From: Kiritimatiellota bacterium
GTDB taxonomy: Bacteria > Verrucomicrobiota > Kiritimatiellia > JAAZAB01
Direction: 5' to 3'
Assembly (NCBI GenBank): GCA_026398415.1
Contig: JAPLSY010000088.1
Coordinates: forward strand, 13,633 to 77,632
Length of the DNA: 64,000 nucleotides
The notes under the pieces: model-generated
What the model was told of the DNA's origin: nothing
Seen by the model: only the letters and a program-made list of their open reading frames with translations
The model's database searches: none
In this document: positions 38,088 through 46,885 of the stretch, piece by piece
How the letters are laid out: every line of letters begins with the position of its first letter
Position numbering within the stretch: the first letter of the stretch is position 1
Translations under genes and position numbers: made by a program

Positions 38088-41000
38088 CTATTTGACCAGG
38101 ATTTCCGTAATCGCCACCTTGACCGGCGCTTCTTCCAGGAACGACCGGTAGAACACGCTCTTGCCCGGATCGGTGGAGGTGACCAGGTCGAGATGCCCGT
38201 CACCGTTCAGGTCCACGGCATTGAGCTTGACGTCGTGCCACGCGTTCAGCATGTCGTTCAACTTATTCATCGGCTGGCGCGCCGCGAAGACCGGCTTGGC
38301 TCGTGTGCCCACGTTCCGGAAGAAGTCCACGGTTGAATTGCACCTCAACCCAATATTGGCTGACGACGTGATGATGTCGATAAGCCCGTCCTCGTCCCAG
38401 TCGACCAGTGTGACCATGGTTCGTGCTTGGCACCGGAATGCACTGCCGTCCTTGTGCGTGAGCGTGACACCGGGGCCCAATTGCGGCCGTGTTTTCGTGC
38501 CGACATTCGGGAAGAGGACGAGGAGGCCCTCGCTTTCGTGTTCGGGCTCGGCGCCTTTGCCCCTTCGGCCATCAGCAATCATCATAACCATATCGAGCAG
38601 TCCGTCATCGTTCATGTCTGCAATACCCGGCGTGCAGCGGTAGCCGACCTTGAGACGGTTGCCGGAGACACCCTGCGCGCTGTTCGCATTCCCGTCAAAG
38701 GCAAGGGTGAACAGCGCCTTCCCCGCGGCGTCTTGTATCTCGAACTTATCCAACACCCCCTCTGCGGGCGACGAAAAATCGGTCGGATGATATGCCCACC
38801 GGTCAGGGTTTTCACGTTCCCGTTGCACCCCCATCCATGCACGGCTGCCGATGTGCATGCGCGTGCCAACCGGCACGTTCCGGACGGGCTCCGGACTGGA
38901 TGCGAGCGTCTTGCCGTCGACGGCGAGAGCCATCCCGTTTGTTCCCCACGCGGCTTCGATACGGTACCATGCGCTGTTGTCCCACGCCAGCGTCGGCGCC
39001 TCAAGGCGGCGCTCTCCGGCCTGGAAACAGAGTTGGCCCTGTGCAGTCACGAACAACGCAAATGGAGCCGGAACCTTGAGATCGGGCAGGTTTCCCTGGT
39101 AATAGCGCCTCAGGGCATCAACCGCAACCCCGCTTGCTCCCGGAGTGGGTGCGGTATGGAAGAAATAGTGCTTCCGGTTCTCGCCGGCCGCCGGCCACTT
39201 CGGCTTGAACCAGAACTGGATCTTGCCGCCGGCGGGCGCAAACGTGCCCGCGGTGCGGTACGAGAGATAGTCCAGGAACGTCTTGTCGTTGACCAGGGCA
39301 CCCTGGCCGGTCTTGCCCGGGACGAACCGCACGTGGTCGCACGTCCCGCCACCCGGCCGCAATTCCACTTCCGGCGCGAACCGATTCCCGCCCAGGTTCT
39401 CGTAGTAGTGCAGGTATCCGAACCGCCAGCCATGCTCGGAGTTCATGAGTAGATCGAGGTCGCCATCGCCATCCCAGTCAATCGGCACGACGCCGGCATA
39501 GAGGGAGCTATATTCACCGAAGTCAGGGCAGCCGTACCAGTCCAGCCGGTTCGGGTCCACGGGAATGGTGCGGGTCTCGCGGAAGAGACTATCCTGCCAG
39601 ACCGCCACTTCGAGATCGGGGCAATAAGCGTTGGGCAAGAGGTGGTCCAGATCGCCATCGCCGTCCCAGTCTATCATGGCCTGCGAACGCAGGTTGCTGC
39701 GCGGCATCTCCTGCTGCTGGGCTAATGGCGGACGCAAGGACCGGCCGAGTTTGAGATTATGCCGGTCGCCTTCGTTGAGGTAAACTCTGCAATCGTGTGT
39801 GAGTATCATGTCCAAGTCGCTATCGCCGTCATAGTCTGACCAGGATATGAATGGAAAGTAGAGCCCAATGTCCAGCGGTTTGTCGCCGATCTTGAGTTGA
39901 CGGCCCGGCGTCAAGGCAAAATGCGTCTTGTCGCCGGTGTTCTCGTACAGCCAGACGTGTGGCGGAACACAGATGGTTAGGTCCAGGTCGCCATCCGCGT
40001 CAAGGTCGGCAAGGGCCACCGGAGACGTCCTGGATTTTTGGTAGCTAACATCGGCGGCAGGATTCCGAACGATGGTGGTATCGAGCGTCTGGCCCGGTTT
40101 GAAGACCGGAGTTCCGCCCGGATCCAGCCCCGTGCCTTCGTGCAGGCTCAGCCGCTCGGAATCCTTGCCGGACACTAACACGATGGCATCGGCAATTCCA
40201 TCGCCGGTCACGTCGCCGAAGGCGGCCACATCCTTGGGCAAGCCGCGCGGGGCGCGACCCGGTGCCATGACCGGAAACGTCACCGGGCCGAGGTTGCGGT
40301 GGAACGTGTACCCCGCGCGGTTGTACCCGCGCAGGAAGATGTCCACGCGACCGTCACCATCGAAGTCGATCAGACTGGCCATGGAAAAAGCATTGCCATG
40401 ATTGTTGTTTATTGTGGCGGCGGTGATCGGCATGCCGGTGGTATCGCGCACGAGCCAATGCTCGCGTTCCGAGAACTGTGGTTTATTGGTTGTCCCGAGG
40501 TTTAACCACACATGGCAATAGTCGCTCCAGCGGCCGGCAACCGCATCCTGTCTGCCGTCACCATTCCAGTCGAGGAACGTACAGCTCCAGAGATTCCACG
40601 GCAGGTAATCGTTTGCCACATTATTATCGAAGTAGAAATGGTCACCGTCGCCGAGCGTGCGCATGCCTTTCGCGGGCGGGCATTCCGGCGGCGGCAGGAA
40701 ACGCACTGCAAACTGCCGGGCACTGCGATCCCGCATTGTCCAGGTCAGGACGCCACGTTTCGGGTCAAGGCGGTCGAACCGGGAATTGCAGAGGAACCGG
40801 CGTACTCCGTCCGCGTCTGGCTGCTGAGGCCGAAGACTCCCCTTTGCGTCCACCTCCACCACCTGCATTTCGTAAGGGTTGACCGGGTGCCCGAGCGCGG
40901 CTTCGACTAGGCGCAGGTCGAGATACACCTTGGCCGGATACGACTGGTGTGGCGTATCGCCGGGGTCCACGGAAAGCAGCAACTCCCCGACCGGTTTCGT

Positions 41001-42539
41001 GTCCACCCCCGGGATGACCGTCTGGCCGCCGCTGCGGACGGTACACGCGCGCCAGGGGTTCAGCCACTGCCCGACCTGGTCCCATTCCGTCTCGAACTCG
41101 TTGAGTTCACGCTCACCGCCTGCCGGCAGTTTTGCCAGCCGTTCGGCAAACTGCGCGAGTTGGGCGCCATACAGGTCCCGGACAGCCCGGTCAAGCGGCG
41201 ATGGGCTCTGCGCCGCAAATCGCTTGGTCCACATCGCCAGTTCGTCCTGCAACCGTGATCGCAATTGGCTAAGCTGCCTATTGTTGTCCGCCAATTGCTC
41301 CGCGGTCAGCCACTCAATTTCGCGGACGCTCACTTCGCGCTCCGCCGGCGGCAGCGGTGCGCTGCCCGCACGCCCGACACGCCGCCCCTCGTCATAGGTC
41401 GAAGGCATTATTACCCGGAACCGGCCGACCTTCCGGGGGGCGAACTGCGCCACGACGTAGAAGGGACCCGGCTTGCCGTCGTACCGCGGCACGGGTACGG
41501 CCTTGCCGAGGGCCTGCCACTGGTTGTCAATCCATCCCTGGACCTCGATCTGGCGCGGTGAGCACTCTGTACTGGGCATCTCGTAGTAGGCGAGAGCGCC
41601 CGGGTGAACCCGCACCAGCACCAGTTGCACAGGAGCTGGCAGGATGACCTCGACAAAATTCGAGCAACCGGTTCCGGACCACGAGCCGGATTGGCCCATG
41701 TCGCCGTCAATCAGTTTCCAGGGGATTTGGTCGGCAGCGGCCGCGCCGGTACGCACCAGCGTTCCCAAAGTGGCCGGTTCGCGGTAGAGCCGGATCTCGT
41801 CGATGAGTCCCGGACAGGCCTCGCCGCTCGACAGGTTTGCCCCGATGGATACGACGGGCTGTATGGCGCCCAGGCTGAACGGGGTACCCCTCCGTACGGC
41901 GTCGGTCACTTCGCGCCCGTCAAAGAACAAGGACACGAAACCGCCGGCGCTATCCCAGCTTCCGGCCAAGTGGTGCCACTCGCCCGGCTTCCAGGAATAA
42001 TCCCGGCCTTCGGTCGCCATGGCCTCGAACCGAGTGCCATTCCGATCATAGAGGTCCATGAACAGCCCGTTACGGCCGCCCGCGCCGCTCTTGTACATGA
42101 AGATGCTTGCCTTCCCGGACGCGGCACCGCGAATGTCAAAAAACCGGTGGTAGGCATTGTCCGCACTGGCAAAGTCCGGCCGGATCCACATCTCGATGGC
42201 GCCGGCTTCCGGGTTGAACTCCGCAGGCAAGGCAAAGCGCAATGGTTTGTCCGTAATCACCGCGGCCAGGCCGGTTTTGCCGGGAGCGGTTTGAACCGCA
42301 ACGCCAAGAGGCGCCGGATCCGGCGGCTGGCTCGCAGGATCGAAAGAAATTGACAGAATTGCCGGGCCCGGCTGAGGAAAACCAGGGACAGCCGGGGCAT
42401 GTTTTTTAACGGCGCAGGAGGGCAACAGTTGGATACACAAGAGGACCGCAAGGCAAAATTTGAAGTGCATGACCCCGATCTTTGCCGGTGAATTCTGTCG
42501 CGTAGACATGGATAACCTTCCGTTCCTTTTCACCTGCAT
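38088..42539 (-). CDS. Giant secreted protein (1483 aa) with multiple FG-GAP/VCBS beta-propeller-type repeats (DWDGDGDLD, DFDGDGRVD, DLDADGDLD...) and at least two LamG/concanavalin-like lectin domains
   Basis: Signal peptide, repeated D-x-D-x-D-G Ca-binding loops, LamG-like segments (…GKASIFMYKSGAGGRNGLFMDLYD…). Followed by the rhamnosidase-deacetylase-isomerase operon. Confidence 0.6.
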   Translation of the reverse strand: MQVKRNGRLSMSTRQNSPAKIGVMHFKFCLAVLLCIQLLPSCAVKKHAPAVPGFPQPGPAILSISFDPASQPPDPAPLGVAVQTAPGKTGLAAVITDKPLRFALPAEFNPEAGAIEMWIRPDFASADNAYHRFFDIRGAASGKASIFMYKSGAGGRNGLFMDLYDRNGTRFEAMATEGRDYSWKPGEWHHLAGSWDSAGGFVSLFFDGREVTDAVRRGTPFSLGAIQPVVSIGANLSSGEACPGLIDEIRLYREPATLGTLVRTGAAAADQIPWKLIDGDMGQSGSWSGTGCSNFVEVILPAPVQLVLVRVHPGALAYYEMPSTECSPRQIEVQGWIDNQWQALGKAVPVPRYDGKPGPFYVVAQFAPRKVGRFRVIMPSTYDEGRRVGRAGSAPLPPAEREVSVREIEWLTAEQLADNNRQLSQLRSRLQDELAMWTKRFAAQSPSPLDRAVRDLYGAQLAQFAERLAKLPAGGERELNEFETEWDQVGQWLNPWRACTVRSGGQTVIPGVDTKPVGELLLSVDPGDTPHQSYPAKVYLDLRLVEAALGHPVNPYEMQVVEVDAKGSLRPQQPDADGVRRFLCNSRFDRLDPKRGVLTWTMRDRSARQFAVRFLPPPECPPAKGMRTLGDGDHFYFDNNVANDYLPWNLWSCTFLDWNGDGRQDAVAGRWSDYCHVWLNLGTTNKPQFSEREHWLVRDTTGMPITAATINNNHGNAFSMASLIDFDGDGRVDIFLRGYNRAGYTFHRNLGPVTFPVMAPGRAPRGLPKDVAAFGDVTGDGIADAIVLVSGKDSERLSLHEGTGLDPGGTPVFKPGQTLDTTIVRNPAADVSYQKSRTSPVALADLDADGDLDLTICVPPHVWLYENTGDKTHFALTPGRQLKIGDKPLDIGLYFPFISWSDYDGDSDLDMILTHDCRVYLNEGDRHNLKLGRSLRPPLAQQQEMPRSNLRSQAMIDWDGDGDLDHLLPNAYCPDLEVAVWQDSLFRETRTIPVDPNRLDWYGCPDFGEYSSLYAGVVPIDWDGDGDLDLLMNSEHGWRFGYLHYYENLGGNRFAPEVELRPGGGTCDHVRFVPGKTGQGALVNDKTFLDYLSYRTAGTFAPAGGKIQFWFKPKWPAAGENRKHYFFHTAPTPGASGVAVDALRRYYQGNLPDLKVPAPFALFVTAQGQLCFQAGERRLEAPTLAWDNSAWYRIEAAWGTNGMALAVDGKTLASSPEPVRNVPVGTRMHIGSRAWMGVQRERENPDRWAYHPTDFSSPAEGVLDKFEIQDAAGKALFTLAFDGNANSAQGVSGNRLKVGYRCTPGIADMNDDGLLDMVMMIADGRRGKGAEPEHESEGLLVLFPNVGTKTRPQLGPGVTLTHKDGSAFRCQARTMVTLVDWDEDGLIDIITSSANIGLRCNSTVDFFRNVGTRAKPVFAARQPMNKLNDMLNAWHDVKLNAVDLNGDGHLDLVTSTDPGKSVFYRSFLEEAPVKVAITEILVK

Positions 42540-42666
42540 TTAATCAGATTCGCTCACATTTGTAATGTTCAATGATGCTATATATTTGTTCATTTCAGCT
42601 ATTGCTGGTTCCCAAGGTGTATTTTCGGGCTGAGATCCTTCCAAAAAGATATAATTCACGGTGAGT

Positions 42667-43590
42667 TTATGGTGTAGAGCGCGGAATGTTGAAGCGGCCC
42701 CGGTAAACATGCGGCGAGACGCCAAAACGACGCCGGAAAAGATGATTAAAATGGCTTTGGGATTTAAACCCGACCGACTGCGCCACGGTTGCGATCGGCA
42801 AACCGATTTCCGCAAGCAGTGCGGCGGCATGATTTAAACGTTGAACATGTACGTAGCGGGTAAAACTCATGCCGGCATTGGCCCGGAATAAATGCGCGAA
42901 TCGTGATGGGCTTAAATTAACGGCCGCCGCTACCGTCAGTAATCGGAGCGATTCATTCAGATGCTGCTCAATAAATTCACAAGCCCGCTTAATGCGATCT
43001 TCACGCTTGGACATTTGCAGCAGATTGAGGCGCATGCGCGCATCCGTCACGTAGCGGTTGACCAGCGCGAGCAAACTTATCAAAGCCTCAATTCGTTCCC
43101 GGGCACAGACCGGCAGGCGTATGTATTCCCGTTCAAGCTTTCGCGTATCCAGCCCGAGCGCGACCAGCCGCCGGTGAAGGAGGCGATACTTATCAGCCGT
43201 GGGCGAACTCATGAGGAACTGACCCGAGCATAAAATCCCGATCACCAATCCGTCTACGATCAGTGGAACATAGACATCCGTAAGACTGAGATGGCAGGTC
43301 TTGATCACCGCCTGGCGGGTTGTCAGGCACTGTTGAACGGCATCACAAGTGCTGTGCTCGCAGGCCCGCCGGCCGGCTGAACTCTGATGAACCAGCCGGC
43401 AGAATCCGGTTTCATGGAGCACCGCATATGGATGAAATGAGTCGGTGGCATCCAGTAGGTCGAAAGTCAGCCCCGTCAGTTGTTGAAGCGCGCGTTCAAA
43501 CTGTCGGACAAAGCCGCTGCTCTGCGCGCTTTGCAACGTGAATTCGCTTTTTTTTTGCATTTCTGTATTATACAATATGGTAACGATCAA
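42667..43590 (-). CDS. AraC-family transcriptional regulator (N-terminal sensor domain plus C-terminal HTH_18)
   Basis: LLTVAAAVNLSPSRFAHLFRANAGMSFTRYV...SQSHFNHLFRRRFGVSPHVYR. Confidence 0.8.
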   Translation of the reverse strand: MIVTILYNTEMQKKSEFTLQSAQSSGFVRQFERALQQLTGLTFDLLDATDSFHPYAVLHETGFCRLVHQSSAGRRACEHSTCDAVQQCLTTRQAVIKTCHLSLTDVYVPLIVDGLVIGILCSGQFLMSSPTADKYRLLHRRLVALGLDTRKLEREYIRLPVCARERIEALISLLALVNRYVTDARMRLNLLQMSKREDRIKRACEFIEQHLNESLRLLTVAAAVNLSPSRFAHLFRANAGMSFTRYVHVQRLNHAAALLAEIGLPIATVAQSVGFKSQSHFNHLFRRRFGVSPHVYRGRFNIPRSTP

Positions 43591-43609
43591 TTACAAAGAG
43601 GAAATTACC

Positions 43610-44998
43610 ATGCTATCTCGACGCGAAACTAAGATTTTGGCAACCCTCGGCACGGCTTCCGCAACCCCGGATATGATGCGCACCCTGATCCGGGAGGGGG
43701 TGGATGGGTTCCGTATCAATATGAGCCATATGCGCGCTGAGGAGTTGGAGGGCTGGGTACGCTTGGCGCGCTCCGCCGCCGCCGCGGAAAGCGCACCCGT
43801 GGCCGTGGTAGTGGATTTGGGCGGTCCGAAACTCCGAGTGGGCTCGTTACCGGACGGGCGGCTGACTCTGGCGGAAAAGGCTGTGCTGATTCTGGGCCGG
43901 GACCTGCCCGTGTCCCATCCCGAGATTTTGGCGGATATCCGGCCGGGCCAGCGCATTCTCCTCGATGACGGCAACCTGGAGTTGGAAGGCCTTGGCGCCA
44001 TCGGCGACGGGTTCCAGGTGCGCGTCAAGGTGGGTGGACTGCTTCTGCAGGGCAAGGGCATCAATCTGCCGGATACCGACCTGCATTTGCCGGCGGTGAC
44101 CGAAAAAGATCTGGTCGATCTGGCCGCGGCGGTCAAGGCGCAGGTTGATTATGTGTCGTTATCTTTTGTCCAGCGCGCCGACGATCTGCAGACGGCCCGC
44201 CGGGCGGCCCTGGCAACCGGCCCCTGCCCGCGGCTGATTGCCAAGATCGAAAAACCAGCCGCCGTGGAACGGTTCGAAGAAATATTGGCGATCGCGGATG
44301 GAATCATGGTGGCGCGCGGCGATCTGGGTGTGGAGGTGCCGCCCGCGCGCGTGCCGGTTCTGCAGAAGCAATTCATCAGCCGCGCCAATGCCGAGGGCAA
44401 GACGATCATTACAGCGACCCAGATGCTGGAGTCCATGATCCATAATCCGCGGCCGACGCGTGCGGAGGCTTCGGACGTGGCCAATGCCGTATGGGATGGT
44501 ACGGACACGGTGATGCTCTCCGGCGAAACGGCTGTCGGGAAATACCCGGTCGAAACCGTGCGCATGATGCGCGAAATTATTACGGAAGCCGAACAAGCGG
44601 CCAGTCCGCGCCGGGAAGCCTATCGCGGCAAGACGCGCGTGCATGCCCTGGCGGCGGCTGCGGTGGAAGCCGCCGAGGAATTGCACGCCGCCGCCATCAT
44701 TGCCATTACCGTCTCCGGCTACACGGCGCAGATGGTGGCCCAGCGCCGGCCGCGCGTGCCGTTGATTGCGGCCGTGCCCGACGAACATACCCGCAGTTGC
44801 TTGAGTCTCGTATGGGGCGTCACGCCCGTGGCGGTTCCCTGGCGGGGCCATTCGGCGGAGTTCCTCGGCACCCTGGAACCGATCCTGCTGAAGTCAGGGT
44901 CGCTGAAAACGGGCGATACCGTCGTGCTGATCAGCGGTTCCACCAAACTGCGCGGGGCCGACTATATTATGAAAATCCACGACTTGGGGAGCGCGTAA
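43610..44998 (+). CDS. pyk: Pyruvate kinase
   Basis: MLSRRETKILATLGTASATPDMMRTLIREGVDGFRINMSH... plus MVARGDLGVEVP catalytic motif. Start chosen at ATG 43610 (RBS AAGAGGAAATTACC); the ORF track begins at 43538. Confidence 0.9.
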   Translation: MLSRRETKILATLGTASATPDMMRTLIREGVDGFRINMSHMRAEELEGWVRLARSAAAAESAPVAVVVDLGGPKLRVGSLPDGRLTLAEKAVLILGRDLPVSHPEILADIRPGQRILLDDGNLELEGLGAIGDGFQVRVKVGGLLLQGKGINLPDTDLHLPAVTEKDLVDLAAAVKAQVDYVSLSFVQRADDLQTARRAALATGPCPRLIAKIEKPAAVERFEEILAIADGIMVARGDLGVEVPPARVPVLQKQFISRANAEGKTIITATQMLESMIHNPRPTRAEASDVANAVWDGTDTVMLSGETAVGKYPVETVRMMREIITEAEQAASPRREAYRGKTRVHALAAAAVEAAEELHAAAIIAITVSGYTAQMVAQRRPRVPLIAAVPDEHTRSCLSLVWGVTPVAVPWRGHSAEFLGTLEPILLKSGSLKTGDTVVLISGSTKLRGADYIMKIHDLGSA

Positions 44999-45050
44999 AA
45001 GCACGTTAAGCGTAGAGCGTGGAGTGTGGAGCGGAAGAACGAAGAACTGA

Positions 45051-45842
45051 TCACTGATTACTGATTACTTCCGCCGCAGTGTTCGTAATCGCGTTGACTT
45101 CATTCAGTTTAATCAAAGTACGGTGTTCACCCGGCCAGCGGCGAATGTCCAAATCCTTGATCATCCAGTTGTCGCCGATTTTTTTGAATGTGCGCACGGC
45201 GATGCGCCGTTGCATGACCCGCTGGGCATCATATTCCTCGACCTTGATCAGCACGAGCAGGGCTTCATCAATCCAGACACGGGTCAGCCGCGGCGCCTGC
45301 GGCGGCATGAATTCCAATACCAGGCACTCGCGCTCCAGCAAGCGTTCGCGGCCCGTAATGACACCGTCCGTCCACCAGAGGAAGGCCAGGCTGAGATCGT
45401 TCCAGGTTACGTCGCTGCTGCCGATAAGGCTATCGCCCGCCGGCGCCGGTGCACTCTGGAGCGGCCGGCCTTTGGCATAGTCCCGGCGCCACACGCCGTT
45501 GGGCTGACGGACAATCGTCAGCTGCTCTGACGCAGCGCCGAATCCGTCGCGCAGGGTATAGCAGGCCGTGGCCGGAGATTGGCCCAGCTGGAAGTTGGCG
45601 TCCAGATAAAATGCGCGGTCCAGTTTGCCGCGCCGTGCGCCGCACAGCAATTCGCCATGGATCTGGATGGCCTCATTGGGCAGGTTGGCCCGCACCCGTT
45701 CCAGCACGTCGGCGGCCCGCGTGAAGGCCGCGGGTGCCGTTGCATTTGTCGCGCCGGAGACCCGCATTGCGCCGGCCGCCAGGAGTGCCATGCAAAGAAA
45801 GCTTATACGGTTAAGGCTTAGCCACAAAGAAGCGCGATTCAT
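45051..45842 (-). CDS. Secreted protein of unknown function (possibly LolA-like lipoprotein-carrier fold)
   Basis: Signal peptide, no catalytic motifs. Adjacent to fabZ. The fold assignment is tentative. Confidence 0.3.
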   Translation of the reverse strand: MNRASLWLSLNRISFLCMALLAAGAMRVSGATNATAPAAFTRAADVLERVRANLPNEAIQIHGELLCGARRGKLDRAFYLDANFQLGQSPATACYTLRDGFGAASEQLTIVRQPNGVWRRDYAKGRPLQSAPAPAGDSLIGSSDVTWNDLSLAFLWWTDGVITGRERLLERECLVLEFMPPQAPRLTRVWIDEALLVLIKVEEYDAQRVMQRRIAVRTFKKIGDNWMIKDLDIRRWPGEHRTLIKLNEVNAITNTAAEVISNQ

Positions 45843-45847
45843 TTTTT

Positions 45848-46870
45848 TTATGCCGGCACGGGCCGGTCCGCCGGTGATGACCGGTCCACCGGCGATGGCC
45901 GGTCCACGAGTACGAACGAAATACGGGCTTCCGCCACCAAGTGAGGACCTATAAAAATCCGCCCATGTGCCTTGCCGACGCGCGGGCGTGATGCCGTTTG
46001 TAAAACGTCAATCAGGAGCTGGTCGCCCGGCCGGACCGGCCGGCGAAACCGCGCCATTTCCACGGCCATGAAATAGGCAAGTTTGCCTTTGTTCTCCGGC
46101 TTGCCGAGAATGAACACGGCGCCCGCCTGGGCGATGGCCTCCACCAGGAGCGTGCCCGGCATGATCGGATGCTTGGGAAAATGACCGCTAAAAAAGGTTT
46201 CGTTGCCCGTGACGTTCTTAAGCGCAACGATCCGATTTTTACCCTCATAATAGATGGCATCCACCAGAATGAAAGGATAACGGTGGGGAATGATATTCAT
46301 GATCCCGTTAATGTCGTTGATCGGCGCGGTTTGTATGGGGGCGTTGTCCATGATCAGGGGTGGAGCAAAGTCGGTGTCCTGGATGTGTTCGGGCACGTTG
46401 GCGCTTAATCCCACGGTGAACTTGGCTTGGCAGACCGGCTGGTCACGCACCGTGGCGATCGCGTTAAATTTCACTAGCCCAGAGCGGAAACGCTCCAGGG
46501 TAACATCCGTTATCAGGCGGTCGCCCGGCAAAACGGGCTTGCGGAACTTGACGTTGTCCAGCGTGCGCAGGAACGCGACGTCGTCCTGAATATCCAGAAA
46601 CTGGCGAATGGCGGCGCCGCCGGTCTGTACCATGGCTTCCAGGATCAGCACACCCGGCAAAACGGGATTGCCGGGAAAGTGGCCCTGAAAATGGGGCTCG
46701 TCGATCGTCACGTTCTTGAGTCCGATCGCGCGCTTTTCGGCGGGAATCAGCCGGACGCGGTCGAGCATAAGCAGGGGGGACCGGTGCGGCAGGAGCGACT
46801 GCAACCGGTAGTAATCCATGATAATCTCTGTTTTGGCCGTCTCGATTACATCGCGAGCAGAGTCGGTCAT
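45848..46870 (-). CDS. fabZ: Tandem (fused) 3-hydroxyacyl-ACP dehydratase FabZ-FabZ, two hotdog domains
   Basis: Two copies of the FabZ active-site motifs: LLPHRSPLLMLD plus FQGHFPGNPVLPGVL, and IIPHRYPFILVD plus FSGHFPKHPIMPGTL. Confidence 0.75.
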   Translation of the reverse strand: MTDSARDVIETAKTEIIMDYYRLQSLLPHRSPLLMLDRVRLIPAEKRAIGLKNVTIDEPHFQGHFPGNPVLPGVLILEAMVQTGGAAIRQFLDIQDDVAFLRTLDNVKFRKPVLPGDRLITDVTLERFRSGLVKFNAIATVRDQPVCQAKFTVGLSANVPEHIQDTDFAPPLIMDNAPIQTAPINDINGIMNIIPHRYPFILVDAIYYEGKNRIVALKNVTGNETFFSGHFPKHPIMPGTLLVEAIAQAGAVFILGKPENKGKLAYFMAVEMARFRRPVRPGDQLLIDVLQTASRPRVGKAHGRIFIGPHLVAEARISFVLVDRPSPVDRSSPADRPVPA

Positions 46871-46885
46871 GACAGTTCTCCTGGA

